From Euglena gracilis (lineage: Eukaryota), in NCBI GenBank assembly GCA_039621445.1, contig CP154954.1, positions 25,494,954 to 25,558,953 on the forward strand: 64,000 nucleotides of DNA, in the 5' to 3' direction. The notes below the pieces were generated by a model. The model did not search any database, had not been told where the DNA came from, and worked only from the letters and a program-made list of their open reading frames with translations. A program made the position numbers and the translations under genes. Positions 28,202-41,919 of the stretch are shown here, one piece after another. How positions within the stretch are numbered: position 1 is the stretch's first letter; the number at the start of each line of letters is the position of its first letter.

Positions 28202-29611
28202 GGGGTCAGGTCAGCCCACCCCAGCCAGAAGCAGGGTTAACTAGGAAAACTAAATGATTTTTTCCCCATTTTGGATGGTTTTGGGAAGGATGAGTGAATA
28301 AGTGGAAATATGCACCGTGCAGTTTTTGCAGTTTTTTTGCAGTTTTCACGTTTTGGGTTTTTTGCCGTTTTTTGCAGTTTTTTTTTGCAGCTTTTTTTTC
28401 TATAAAAAAATGCATACGTGCAGTTTTTTGCAGTTTTTTTTTGATTCCGGTTTTGAGGAAACCTGAGGTGCTGGATTATTGGGTTGAAGTTGGAGTTGAG
28501 GATTTCGAAATTCGTGGTGCCGCAAAGGAGCACAAGCTCTTGAAGAAGATTGGGTCTTGCCCCAAGCATTGTGGCCAAATGTCACACACGCCAAATGCTT
28601 CAAAGAGCAAGAAGTTCTTTCTTATTTGCAAGAACTTCCCAGGTTGTAGACCATTTGGCAATCCCCTAAGGACAGTGTTCAAAGTTTGCGGTGGTTGTTG
28701 TATATTTTTTTTCATCGTGATATGGAGAAACTTCACCAGGTGATGGATCGAAAGTTCCACATCCCCTGCAAGAAATGAAAGCATTGAAAATTTCTGTGTA
28801 TTTCTGTGTATGCATTTTTCCCATATTTAAAAAGGAAACCGTTTGGCATCTTTGTGGGCATGGTCGGTACAAGTTTTGGTGCAGGAAAACCAGTGTCCCG
28901 GCATCGAAACACATGATTTGCATTTCACTGCATGAAGAACCATGCAGAGTGCACCTTGATTGGTTGCTTCCATTTTTGTCGTCATCAGTTCCAAAGCTGC
29001 GCAAAGAAAAGTTAGGTGAATTGGGGTGTGCTTATGTGGTCGCAATTTACGTTGTTTTGCATATGCAGACCATTTCAGCTTGTTTATTGTTATTATTTGT
29101 TGAAGTGCAGTTTTTTTGCAGTTTTTTGCAGTTTTTTTTGCAGTTTTTTGCGATGCAGTTTTTGACCGGCCCGTGTGCAGTTTCTCCCCCCCCCCTGCCA
29201 TCATTCTGGAAAAGAAAGAGCACCAGCGCTGACCCCCGCCCAAGGTCGTCAAACAGCTGGTTTTTAGCAGGGTGGTCCCCAGTCTCCAGCCACCACCGGG
29301 ACCTCAGAATCCCTCACCCCACACTCTCTCTCCACTCTCGACGTGCCTGGTGCCAGTTCAACGAATCAGAAGCCTCCTTCCCCGCCCTGGAGGGTCGAGT
29401 GGCGCGGTGGACTCGTTGACCCCTCCTGCTCAGCAGTGCCTCTGCCTGTGTCCCTGTCAGATGGGCGATTGCTGTAACGCCGGTGGTGGGTTTCCTTCCC
29501 CGCGCCACCCGGCAACGCCACTGACAACAAGTGTCTTGCACCCGCATTGCGTACGCCACTGATCAGGAAAGAGGTCGGAGAACACAGTCCCGGTGCAAAA
29601 TGGGACAGGGG

Positions 29612-29911
29612 CAGGGGTTTTTTTCAGTCTTGGACCCCCTCCCCCGGGGGGGAGGGGGGGGTAGGGGGGGTGGGTCCCTTGGACCCCCCTCCCCCGGGGG
29701 GGGGGGGGTAGGGGCTGGTGGGTATATCTTTTTCGGCGCCGAAGGCGCCGAAAATTTTGAAAAAGGTGCTATTTTTAGCATTTTCGGGCAAAAGTGGTGG
29801 GTCCCCCGGGACCCCCCCCCTCCCCCGGGGGGGGCCCCACCCCAGGGGGGGGGTGGGTGGGTGCCGCCCCCCTCCCCCCCGCCCCCCCCCCCAGTTTTAA
29901 AAAAGCCCCTG
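29612..29911. mobile_element. hAT-like MITE, family C (CAGGGGTTTTTT...AAAAGCCCCTG)
   Basis: 8-bp TSD GACAGGGG on both sides and an internal palindrome TTTTCGGCGCCGAAGGCGCCGAAAA. Confidence 0.9.
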
Positions 29912-30749
29912 GACAGGGGTTCGATGGAAGGAGGGTGTCACAGCTTCAGGTGGGAGATTCTTGGTGTCGACCGCTGGGAAGCGCCAGCCGAAAATCGGTC
30001 ATTTTGGCCACTCCAATGTGTAGGTGGCTGGGGGGTGGGTGGGTGGGTGGGGGGGGTGTTTCCTCACCCCCCTTGACTGAAAAAAAAAATTGACTGAAGG
30101 AGGGGTCTGCCCCCCACCTGCCTTTATATTGCACCCTGGGATGGGACCATCCCACGCTGGGACCATACCATATTGTTTGTTGGTAGTGTGTCACACTGCT
30201 GGGAGATTGCCCTGTTTTTCAAGAAAGTTATTGGGTTTTGGACCTCATTGGGGCCAATGACGAAGCGTGGCCAACCGGGCACCGAAGGCGTCAAAAAAAT
30301 TTTGAATTTTGAAGAAATGGTGAACTGGTGAAAGCCGGTGCATTTTGACCCATATTGGGCGAACCGATTGCACAAGTTTCCAAAAAGAAACTGGCCTTGG
30401 CTTAGGGTTCAAGATATCGATTTTTCCAAAATACCTCGAAACCTATTGGTTTGGTTTGGTTTATTAGCTCTTGGAAGGCACACGTCTGCTTGCTCTGGTG
30501 AGCAGCAATGTTTGTGGCACAAATGATGAAACATTGGAGATTTGGGAGCATGGGGGAAAAGTGACTGGAGTGGCAAGGGTTGCGGACCCCATTTGGGGGG
30601 GGGGGTCGGAAGTGGGTCACCGGTTTGATGACTCGATGTTTTTTGAAACAGAAACTGGGCCTCGGTAAGCAGTCATATACACTCACTGGATTTTTTCAAA
30701 AAGTTTTGGGTTTGCATATTTTTTCCCCCACTCAGTCACGCAGAGCATG

Positions 30750-31620
30750 CAGTGCTACACACGGTACAACACAGTGTTGAAGCATTTCCTCCGTAGGAGG
30801 TTGGTTGGTTGGTAAGTCTCATTCCAGCAAACCATTGCGGGGGCTCCACTGCTGCAGATGCCGTTGCAGCCATGCCAGGGAAGCAAGCGGTATATAAAAA
30901 GGATGGGGGTTGCAAGGAATAAAGACAGGGAATTCATGCTTTGTTTTGCTTTACAAGTCCGATTTTTTTCTCCCCCCATGAGCCTCTGCCGCTGCAACTT
31001 TAGCGATAGCCATGTCCTTGTACAGCCATCATTCGAAGGGTTTCAAGTCTCAGTTTCAGTCCTGGGGTGCCCCCCCTTCTTTTTGGGTAGTGGGAAATGC
31101 GGTCGCTGATTTATGTGTAAACGCCTGGAGTCACAGCACGGGGAAAACAGTGCCCAAGACATGGATTGCAGGGCGGTCCATAAGAGTCCATAAGGTTCTT
31201 TCCCCCTGAAGGACCGCCCTTCTGCCAGAGGGATGGCCAACCGCCGATCCGGGGATCGAATGGGGTCAGAAATTAACAGTTAAAACCCCGCATTTTTTGA
31301 CTTTTTGGGTGGATGGACGATGGCGTAAGAATGCCAGAAATCATTTTTCCCCCGAAATCCATTTCTGTCAAAATATGGCCATTTTTGGTAGCTCTTTACA
31401 TGTGTGATGGTGCCATGCTGCAGCAGATGTTTGAGGTGTGTGGCAGCCAGGGCGGCCTGGCCCGGACAGGAGGCCCGGCGGCCCAGGGAAACAAAATTGA
31501 ACCCAATTTTGGCCAGGGTGGTCCTGAACGCAAAACTTCCCATCCCAGCCCGTTCAATGAAAGATCCACCGGAGAAATGGCAGCACTGCATAAAACCTGG
31601 TATATTATATAAGGGGTTAG
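30750..31620 (-). pseudogene. Possible LINE 3' relic (RNase H-like segment and CCHC-like knuckle)
   Basis: FSGGSFIERAGMG...QAALAA and C...C..ET...LL..C-like segments; highly degenerate. Confidence 0.25.
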
Positions 31621-31999
31621 TTAGTGCCAAGCACTTGGTATTTTGGTGGTGTTTCCGCGATGTTGGTGGTATTGTCCGGAATTGTCACCGGTGGTCATTT
31701 GGTTTGGGGGGGGGGGGCATCTATTCGGGGGGAGGGGGGGGGTAAATGCCCAAATAATACACACCCAGGATATGTTATTTGGGGTCTGACAGAATCAAAC
31801 AAAAAATTGTTATTTGATGCTTCTGGGGCGGGAAGTAAGGATAATATAATAATTATGTCGATTGGGGGGGGGACCCAGAAGCTACACAAACGATGGGACA
31901 GGGACAACAATGGGTGGTATTTTTTTATAAGTTAGCGAAAACCCTCTGTATGACAAGGTTGGGTGACTTTTATTTCTGTGTGTGTATTTGCGTATGAGT

Positions 32000-32000
<1 letters not shown>

Positions 32001-32047
<47 letters not shown>
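32001..32047 (+). repeat. (GT)n microsatellite
   Basis: Direct inspection. Confidence 0.97.
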
Positions 32048-32048
<1 letters not shown>

Positions 32049-33499
32049 CTTTTGTGTGTGCTTTTTTGTGGTCATTTGGTGGTATCTCCCCGACCTGCCT
32101 GGACAAGAGGGGATGGAGGAGGGTTAGTGTTTCATTTTTTCTGCTTGGGAGCTGAGTGGGAATCCCAGAAACCCTGCAGGTGGGAGGAACCACCCGTCAC
32201 GACCCTTTCCCATTTTTCCAGAGGCATTGGCCCAGCCTTTGAATCTTCCTTCGGCGCCTTGGGTGCCGAAGGCTCAGTGCTGTGGTGCGTGGGGGGGGGG
32301 GGCATCTGGCACCTGGCCCTCAGCCAACCACACCCGCATCTTACCACATACCTGTTGCACGTGTGCGCACGCACCTCGGCAGCACCGTGGCCCAACCACT
32401 TTCTCTACAGAGACCGCCAATGGGCTGTTCCAATGAGGGCTTCACTCTGGCTGAAAAGCCCCCCCCCCGGCACCCCAATTCCACCCCCCCCCCCCTAAAT
32501 GACGCCCTCATATGCGGTTACCCACCTCCTCCCAGATTAGAATTTTTTTGGAGCTGGCAACCTGACCGAGGGATTTTGCTTTTCCCCTTCAACGACAATC
32601 TTTGGTGGGTTTTGGGGTGTCGGGGGGTTTTGGGGTGCCTTTTAAGGGGGGAGGGCAAGCATCTATGAAATGACTGGGTGACTGGGCGTGACTGGGTCTG
32701 GGACTCTGGATGACCATTGGTACCTCCCCCCTCCATGCCCAATGAACGCCCCGCCGTTCAGACCGTGTAGATTGTCACCTTTGAGTCCATTGGGCTTGGG
32801 GGGGGGGGGGGGTAGTTTGCGGCAGGGGGTACAGGCAGCAGCCCGCTGGCCCCACCCACCCCTCTCCCGGAACGAGCGACGCGTCTCCCGCCACCTCCTG
32901 CTACGCCGCGGCCCACCCCGGGGCCGTCCCGGCCGACGGCGGCATGGACGCCCAGGCGGTGTACGGCCGTGGCCCCGCTGACCTCCGGCCTGTGGGGCAC
33001 GGGGGCTCCATCCCCAGGGCCGGCATTCAAACCATGCGGTGGAGCTCCATTCAGGTGGTCTAAGCCAGTCTGGATGGAATTCAGGCTTTCTTTCAGGGAA
33101 GATCGCACCAAAGGGGGGGGGGGTGCTGTGGGGGCGGGGGGCGTTATCGACCCCCCAGGATTGGGGGGCTTGTGTAACACAGCATGATCCCCAGCGCCGA
33201 AGGTGCTGGCAAAGCTCACCATTCTTAATGGAAAATGGGCTTGGTCGACAGGCACCGAGACCCAAAACCGACCCCCTGGCGGGGGAGGGGGGTGCTTGTT
33301 ATGGGCAGCACCCCATTGCACCCCCACCTTCATTTCCTCCCGCTTTTTTTTGTCCAGGTCAAAATTTGCCCTCAGCGCCAAAAGACGTTCCCGGCACAGC
33401 TCCATCGTGAGTGAGGTTAGGGTTAGACCCGACCCCCCACCACCACACCCAGCATCCCGCCGCCAACGCCCAACTGCTGCGTCGCAGCCAACTTCCGGG

Positions 33500-35500
33500 A
33501 GGGGGGGGGGTCCCCGGGGCCACGCGGGCAGCGCGGTGCAGCAAGCGGTCCACCACCACATCACCGCCCGGTCCGCATTGGCCCTCACGGAGGAGGAGGA
33601 GGGGGAGGACGAGGGGCGCCCACCGCCGGGGGGAGAGCAGGCGGGCGAGCCGCCCCCCAGGCAGGCGGCGTCCCTCCCTCCCTCCCCTCCCAACGCCCAT
33701 CGTTGCCGTCAGGTCCGCTGGCGGCCCACGGCTGTAGCTGTCAACACCACAACGCTGCTGCGGGGGGCGGGGCCGAGTACATGAAGGCAAAGAAGGTTTG
33801 CCAGTGGCTTTTTTGGTAAGACCTTATTTTTCATCAGTTTGCGGGGTCAGTCACAGGGGTTTCGCAACTCGGCCACGTTTTTTTTTCAGAGGATCAAAGA
33901 CATGAAATTTGCACGGTGCCACCACTGGAAAAATGTGAAAATCTGAAGTGTCGCCCAAGTTGCTTGGGGAAAAACACAAACGAAAAATCACATCTTCAAA
34001 AACAAAATCAAAATCAAAATCAAAGACAAACAAAACAAAAACAAGAACAAAAACAAAATCAGACACCCGGGAGGGGGGGCATTGGGGGACCCGACTGGCG
34101 GTACCGCCGCCGCTGCGGCCGACGGGGACGACGACGCCAGCTTCCCCCAGGCCCCGGTGGCGGGGTTGGGGCCGGCCGGTTTAGGCCAACCCTGGGCACC
34201 GCTGCGGCTGCCCTCTCCCCTTCGCATGAGGTGACGGTGAAGGTGAAGGGTGGGTGTGATCTACACAAAAAAAAGAGTCTCTGGCCAAGAATTCGAAATC
34301 AACCTGCAGCGCGTGACGTTGAAGAGCTGGTACCATGACCCCTGGTTCTGGGCGGTCCTTTGGTGGTTAGAGGTTTGTGTGCCCCCACCTCAACCGCACG
34401 TCCGCGTTCCCTGTAAAACGCTGCTCCCGATGTAACTCCCCCCGGGTGTGTGGCCCCCTCCTCCTTCCATTCAAACTTGGCGCCCCTAAAGTTGGCCTTC
34501 GGCCTTTTGCACATTGCCGCCAAAATCATTAACATGCAAACTTGACCCCCCCCTAAGGTTGGCCCCTGGCTTTACCTTCAATCATGGCCCAAGCCAAGCG
34601 CCCGGGGGGAGGGGTGGCAATCAGTTTTCCATTCTTTCCTCCAACTCTTCAGAAATGAAAGCAATTTCCAGCTCATGGTTTCTTGATTCTGCGCCTGTTT
34701 GTGAGTAAATTCAGTGTTGCCGTCCATGCCCCCAAACCGGAGATCAGCATGCCCCCAAACCGGAGATCAGGTCGAAAATCGAAGTCGTAAACGAGTTAAT
34801 TGTTTTTTCTCCGAAAGTGCCTCCACATAGACACCTGTGGGCTCCTGGTATTCATTCACTAAAGAAAGGGTGGGCAGAGCTGCACAATCTTGCTTTTTTT
34901 CAGAGTGACTGTTACTTTTTGGCTCAAACCCCTCCCCCTCCCCCAGGAAGGGAGGTTGTCAAAAGCCACCAAAGCAAAAGGCGCTGAAAGCGCCAGAAAG
35001 AATTCATTCCGGACATTTTCTTCCCATTTGTGCTAATTTCCCTTGGATTCCAGAGGGACCGATCGGGGGGGGGGGGTCCCGACTGGTTTTTAGAAAAGAG
35101 CGACCGGTTTTCGGAAGGGTGGAAGTGCCCCCCCTTCCTCCTCCAAACGTCGGTGCGGGAAGCGCCTCCCCGCAGGACCACGACTGGGTATACAATCACT
35201 CAGTCACTGGCCGACCCCTGGGGGGGGGGGGGGGTGACTGGTTTGAAGAGTGGAGTGACCCCCCCGGGGGTAAAAAAAAAATTGTATGGACCCGGGGCCT
35301 GCCCCCATCAGCCACCACATCCTGTCGGAGGACGACGAGACGTGTTCGTCCCTGTCCCAGGCGAGCCACGCCCGGCCACGGATGCGGCGCAGCACGCTGC
35401 TGACGTTCCGCGTCCGGGCGACGCCGCTGACCCCCAAGCGGCAGAGCGGCCCCGCCGCCCAGCCATTCAGCTACCGGATCGCCACCGTGGGCTCTCCCAG
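33500..35500 (+). CDS. Putative exons of an unknown low-complexity protein (~33500-33660, ~34095-34170, ~35320-35490)
   Basis: GC3-rich blocks encode AVQQAVHHHITARSALALTEEEEGEDEG and LSEDDETCSSLSQASHARPRMRRSTLLTFRVRATPLTPKR, the latter similar to the 6.6 kb exon. Boundaries are unresolved. Confidence 0.35.
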
Positions 35501-35545
35501 CAATTTCCCGACCAACCCTTTCTCTCACTATTTGAACCTCCCAAG

Positions 35546-35623
35546 CAGGGGTTTTTTTTAGTCTTGGACCCCCTCCCCCGGGGGGGGGGGGGGGGGTGGG
35601 TGGGTTCCTTCGACCCCTTCCGC

Positions 35624-35656
<33 letters not shown>

Positions 35657-35844
35657 CTTTTTCGGCGCCTTTGGCGCCGAAAATTTTGAAAACGGTGCTA
35701 TTTTTGGCATTTTTGGCCGTTTTCAGGCAAAAGTGGGTGGGTCCCCCGGGACCCCCCCCCTCCCCCAGAGGGGCCCCACCCCAGGGGGTGGGTGGGTGGG
35801 TGGGTGCCAACCCCCTCCCCCCCCAGTCTTAAAAAAAACCCCTG
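35546..35844. mobile_element. hAT-like MITE, family C
   Basis: Collinear with 29612-29911; perfect 8-bp TSD CTCCCAAG. Confidence 0.9.
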
Positions 35845-36959
35845 CTCCCAAGTACCAATGCCAACATATGAAACAGCCCATTTGATGCCGATTTATCGAC
35901 CAAATAACCCCATGTGGTTAGGCGTGGATCTTGCACCTAACTTTTTCTTTGGTCGGTGTGTGAATTTGCATCTTGAAAACTCTTGATTTTGGTGGATTGG
36001 GGTCCAGTTTTTGAATTACGTGTGGCACACGGACCCTCCGTTTGTTGAATTTAACGATTGTATGGTGATGAACACCTGGATGGATGGTGCATTGTTCTGG
36101 GGTTTTTGGCATGTCGCCGAGTTGTGAAACCCCCGGGATTACCCTCCCCGAAGTGAAAAAATTGACAAAAATATACAAAACCCCGGAACCCTCTTTCCTG
36201 CGTAACAACTACCAGCACCAGGTGGTTTTCTGGAGGTGGGGTGGCAGGTCCACCCCTTCGCTTGCTTTCTGAATCCCTGCACCACTTAGGCGTCGCAGCT
36301 CGCGCTTATGTGTGTGATCTGTGGGGATCAGGTCCAGGTGGGCCCATCCGCCAGCGTAGCATACGTTCCCGAGCCCAAAGCGTCTTCCATGCTGCACAGC
36401 ACCCACCTCAAGAGGGGTAGCCTCGGTTTCCCTGCCATGGATCATGCCAATCCCCCCGACCAGCCTGATTTGTCCTGCACGCTGTTGCCTCCCCCCCCCC
36501 TTTCTCCCATTCAGGCTGCCCTCAGCCCTGTGGCACAAGAAGACCTGCCAGAGCCGGAGTATTATATCTGAGCCACCGACCGGTCTTCACCCCTGCCAGT
36601 TTTTAATTCTGTGCCATTGAGTGGCGTTTTGGCCACTTCTATCAGTGTTTGCTGCAGGGCCCAATTGAATCTCCATTCCATTTCTCCGACCCTTCTTCCC
36701 CCTGGGATCGAAGTCCTGCCGAACCCCACACTGGACCACCGGGGCTGGACTCCGGGGTTGTTGGGGGGCTGGATTCCCATGCCCAGCCTGAGTTTCTGGT
36801 GGTCCTTGAAGATAGTTATGGTGGTGCGGTAACAGCCACCATGGCAACAGTGGGATGGATAGGGACAGTGCCGTGGGGTTGCTTCTTCCAAACGCTGCTT
36901 CTTCCAAACGCTGAGGCACAGGTGAGATGCTGCCAATAGACTCTCCCCAAGATTCAATT

Positions 36960-37590
36960 GTCTGCCGCACTGTACTGCCTCCCCCTCTCCAATGCTTCAA
37001 TGTACACCACACGCCACCTGTTGGGTGATTGCCTGGCTATGATTCTGTTGAGGGGGGGGGGGGTGGATGATTGGCTGCGGGTTTGGGGTTTGGTGACGCC
37101 AGGGCACCTCGCACTGGCCGGAGTATGCCACCCCAGAGTCAAAAGGGTTCTTGTCTTCAACACCTCTGTCGGCATTGCAACATGGTGTCAGGATTATGAT
37201 CACACCACCCAGGGCTTCCATGGTCCTTCTTGGTTTTTATAAGATGTCTGTAGGACAAATTCTTTTCTGACGCTCTTGTGTGTTTTTGGGGTGGACGTAT
37301 GTGCATACGTGTTCTCTATCTGTACATTTATGCATTATGGCAAAAGTTGTCTGCGGTATTCCAGCCACCAGAGAAAATTTGGTGCATTGGACTGATAGGT
37401 ATGCCGTTGGGAAGTTGGGAAGCATTAATCAGCTGCATCCATTTGTTCGCCATCCATTTGGCAGTTTCTCTGAGGCGAAATCCATGAAAGTTTTTTCTCC
37501 AAAAAAAATTGGGCCCAGGACCTCCCCCAAGAGAAAAGTAATTCCCTGGTATGATGATTTTGATGTGTTTCAATGATATAAACATTTTAT
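36960..37590 (-). pseudogene. Decayed LINE RT fragment
   Basis: NFHGFR, AYLSV...AGIP, NAD and RCPGV resemble QxGFR, AFDSV...GIP, YADD and YLGV in the right order, with many stops and frameshifts. Confidence 0.4.
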
Positions 37591-37607
37591 CACTGAGTGG
37601 TATATCA

Positions 37608-38040
37608 TAAACCCCCCCAAAAAATAAGACCCGGGTCTTATTTTGATTCGTTGCTGGAAGCCTCCAGGGGGGTCTTATCTTTGGGGGGGGTCTTATTTTT
37701 GGATTTTTGCTTGACCGACCTGGGAGCGAGAAAAAAAAACACCGTTTTTCAGGTTCCCAAGAGCACTAAAATTTTTCCTTCGGCGCTTCGCGCCATGTGC
37801 AAATTGGTGTGAGCTGACATTTAGCATGTTTTTGCATTTCAAAAATCGAAAGATTTTGAAATTTTCATCGTTTTTGTGTATGAAATTGGGGTTTTTGGTA
37901 ATTTTAAAAAAAATTGCCGTCCCCGGCGCTTCGCACCGTCAGGGGGGGTCTTATTTATGGGGGGGGTCTTATTTTTGGTTTTTTGCTCAATCGGCCCAGG
38001 GGGGGTCTTATTTTGGGGGGGGGTCTTATTTGGGGGTGTT
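37608..38040 (+). mobile_element. MITE-like repeat family G (AATAAGACCCC/GGGGTCTTATT subterminal repeats)
   Basis: About 430 bp, with an inverted copy at ~47397-47845 and partial copies at ~1540-1750 and ~11003-11300. Confidence 0.8.
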
Positions 38041-39369
38041 ACATAAGTGTGTGTGTGTGTGTGTGTGTTTATCGTATTTGCGTACAGGATTTTTGGGAAA
38101 GTGGCTCACGTCAATGTGATGTGTATGGCTCCTCTTTTTTTTGGTCCAGAGCCAAAAGATCTCCAGCTGTGGGGTCTTCTTAGAATTGGGCAGGCTTCTG
38201 TTTGACTGGGAAGGCCTCCAGTAGGGTCGGGGGGGTCCAGTGCCAGACTCCGTGGGGGTCCCGGGCTGGAGGGTTTCGGCGAAGCGCCGCAATTGTTTTG
38301 CGCGCCGGGCCGTGTGGATGGGCGGCACCCCCATCCCCCAGTACCCCCACCCAACACCCCCCACCACCCCACCACCCCACCACCACCACCACCACCACCC
38401 CAGCACCCCAGTCTTAGCAATACACCTCACTCAACAGTCTTAGCAACTCACCTGGACCATGGTTGTGCTGCCCCCCACTCCGAACCCGACCCAGTGGTTC
38501 GGATTTGAGGTTAGGGGGTCGTCCCCTCCCCTCCTTGGGGGGGGTCCCCGGCCCCGGTGGTAAGCTTCGCTCTTACTCTAAAGAGATAAGAGCTCAGCGA
38601 CGCCCCCATTTGCGGTTACCCCCCTCCTCCCAGATTGAATTTTTTTGGAGCTTGTAACCCGACCGAGGGATTTTGCTTTTCCCCTTCAATGACAATCTTT
38701 GGTGGGTTTTGGGGTGTCGGGGGGTTTAAGGGGGAGGGCAAGCCTCTATGATTCCATCCCCCACCTCCCAAGCAGATGTCGGCCACCAACCCCATCCCAG
38801 CAGTTGCGTAGCTGGCACTGCCTCCGGAACGAGACTCTCCCTTCGAAACCGTGCCCTATCCCCCTCTCCTCCCTTGTTCTGCAGCGGGATGGCTGACGCC
38901 CGACATGAGTGTACCCTGGCGCAAACCTGTGAGGCCTGGGTTTTTTGCCATTGGTTTGATGCCGCGTTGGGGTTCTTTGAATTTTCCTAAAAAAAAACAT
39001 ATGTCAATTGTAAAAAAAAAACCACATATTTATACAAATGTATTTAAGAGAACATTGTAGAAGGAGGAGGAGAAAATTTGATGACTCAATGAATGATTTG
39101 AAATGGTGTATTTCTTGGGACAATACTTTTTAGGATGGCATCAGACCCAGTCCCACCCAAAGACGCACTCCCATCATTTTTGTCATTGAACCGTGCCCAC
39201 CACCCGGCGATTGATTGCCCCAAAGGGAGGAAATCCAAGTTTAAAGTTCTGATTTAAACGAATTTAAACGAACGTGCATTTGGGAAACAATGCATTTGCG
39301 CGGCTCATTTTGGACAAAAATGTGACTGCCGTGAATATTTTGTGTGCGTGTGTATTTGGATGAAATGCA

Positions 39370-40268
39370 ATTATTTATATAATATATTTATTAGTATTTA
39401 TATTAATATTAATATCAATATTAATATTAATATTAATATCAATATTAATATTAATATTAATATTAGCATTAACATTTATGTCAATATTCACATTCATATT
39501 CACATTCATATACTTAATAATATGATATCCATATTCATATGAATATGAATATGAATATGAATATGTATATTAATATCAATATTCATATTCATTTCAACAT
39601 GAATATGAATATGAATATGAATATGTATTTCTGTATTAATATAAATCTTAACATGAATATGAATATAAATCATAATATTAATACGAATATTAATATTGAT
39701 ATTCATATTAATATTGATATTAATATTAATGAAGAGGAAGAGGAAGATGAAGAGGAAGAGGAAGAGGCACGGAAGAGGAGGAGGAAGCTGCGAGAGAAGA
39801 GGAAGATGAAGAGCAAGAGGTATAGAGGAAGAGGAGAGGAGAGAGAGAGGAAGACTACGAGTAATGGGAGAGGAAGGTTAAGATTAAGAGTAAGAGGAAG
39901 ATGTGAAGAGGAAGAGGAAGAGAAAGAGGAACGAGAAGAGGAAGAGGCAAAGTGAATAGGCAGAAGGGAAGCGAGAGGGGAAGAAGAGTAGGAGGAAGAG
40001 AATAGGCAAGAAGGGGAGAATCGAGACGAAGAGGAAGAGGGAAGAGCAAGAAGAAGAGGAAGAGGAAGAGGAAGAGAAAAAAAAAGAAGAGGAATATTAT
40101 TAGTATTATTATATTGATATTAATATTAATATTAGTATCAATATTATATTAATATTAATATTAATTTAATATTAATATTAATATTAATATTAATATTAAT
40201 ATTAATATAATTATTGATATCAATAATAATATTAATATTAATATCAATATTAATATTAATATCAATAT
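39370..40268 (+). repeat. Compound low-complexity block: (ATTAAT/ATGAAT)n, (GAAGAG)n, (ATTAAT)n
   Basis: Direct inspection. Confidence 0.95.
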
Positions 40269-41919
40269 TGTGTGAAGGTCAGGAGGCTTTGAAAACAAGG
40301 TGACAAAACATGGAGGGAGAGGATCTCCTGAAGGTGGGTGAGCAGCTTCCCGATAACGGTACACGTCCACTGGCACCAATTTTAGGATCCCAACGGCCTT
40401 GCCACTGGCCTGCGGCCTGGGCTCCGCTGTTGCAGCCACATCAGCTGTTGATGCTTCAGCACCCACCAGACCGGCATTCACCTCCCCGGTGCAACAACAC
40501 CCAGTTTTAGCGGCCACGTTATACCCCGCAACCGGGGCGTGAGACTGGGGGGACGACGTGGTGCCAGTGCATCGCAACCGGCAGCCGGAGAAAGGTAGCC
40601 CTGAAGCCCTGAAGCACCCGTTATTTTGGGTGCAAGGAATTGTTGAACCTTTACCCCTCGTTTGGTTGTATGAAAGCGGTGGGACTCACTCCCCTCAAAT
40701 TATGCACAAAGCTTGGTGTGTTTTACGCTTTTCAAAGGAAAAATGGTGGAGAATAACCAGAAAACGGACTCCGGTCCGACACATGCCGGGTATTTCAAGT
40801 GCCAATTTTTGTCTTCTTGTAACGCATTACTGTTGCAGAAAGGGTGTTCCAACAGTCACAGGTCCTTGCACGTCATCAATTCATTACGCGTATCTGCCAA
40901 ACAGGTGAGGCCAAAACAGCCGGCCTTATGGGCCGGGGAACAGCAGTGCAAATGTATACACGTAAGCCAGGCAATTTTTAGCCAGTCAGAGCGTTCCAGT
41001 GAACAGTAAACAGAATCTCTCACCACAAATTTTATCACCACGTATTCGTTGTGCGAATCAATGGTTGGCGTGAGGAATTGTGTTTGCCAGCCGTCATGGA
41101 CGAGGAGATAGTATCGCACAGCTGACATGTGTTGGTGCGCGCATTTGCGCGCACCAACACAATGTGTTTGTGTGCGCTATGGCTCCTACAAACACATTAT
41201 TTTGAAGTGAATTATTAAATGTTGGTGCGCGCATTTGCGCAAATGCGCAAACAAGTGTTATTGTGTTTATTTGCGCAAATGCGCGCACCAACACGTCTAT
41301 CGCATTCAAAAACCTCGTAGAATCATCGTCCTCATCAGTGTGCTTTAACACAGACATGTTGTTCGTTGCCTCCCATTGTACAAAACCATCCACATGTCAG
41401 TTTCCCCAAGATGTTGGTTTGCGCATTTGCGCGCACCAACAAATTGTGTTTGTGCGTGCATTTGCGCCCACAAACGTGTATTTTTTCTTTCTATAATGTT
41501 TTCTATAATGTTGTGCATTTATTTGCGCCTACCAACACACATCAGTTCCGTGATGGCTGGCTGACGTAGTCTGCAGTATGTGATGTAAGAAGGCTCTGTG
41601 TGTTCTTACAGGCGGCTGCAGAACCAAAGCCAGTTCCTTCACCACGTCAGCACCAGTTCCAAGTGTCGTAACAGCCGGTGTGTGTTTCCCATCTGTTTGA
41701 TGTACAAGAGCACCAATCACACCCTCCATCCTCTTTGCATCAGTCGCTGAGCAACATGCGTACCAAACCACCTGGAGTCACATCCCCTCAACAATGGGGT
41801 GCAATAGTTCATAAGCTGTCTTGCGTGTGTCAGGGTGCAGGGTCCCAGAAATTGCGTAAAATTTGCGCATTTGCGCAAATGCGCACATTTCAAAGAAAAA
41901 CCCGCGAATCCGGCCGCCT

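Noticed and set aside
39539-39955. Asn/Ile/Glu-rich ORF
   Set aside because: Translation of low-complexity AT and purine tracts.
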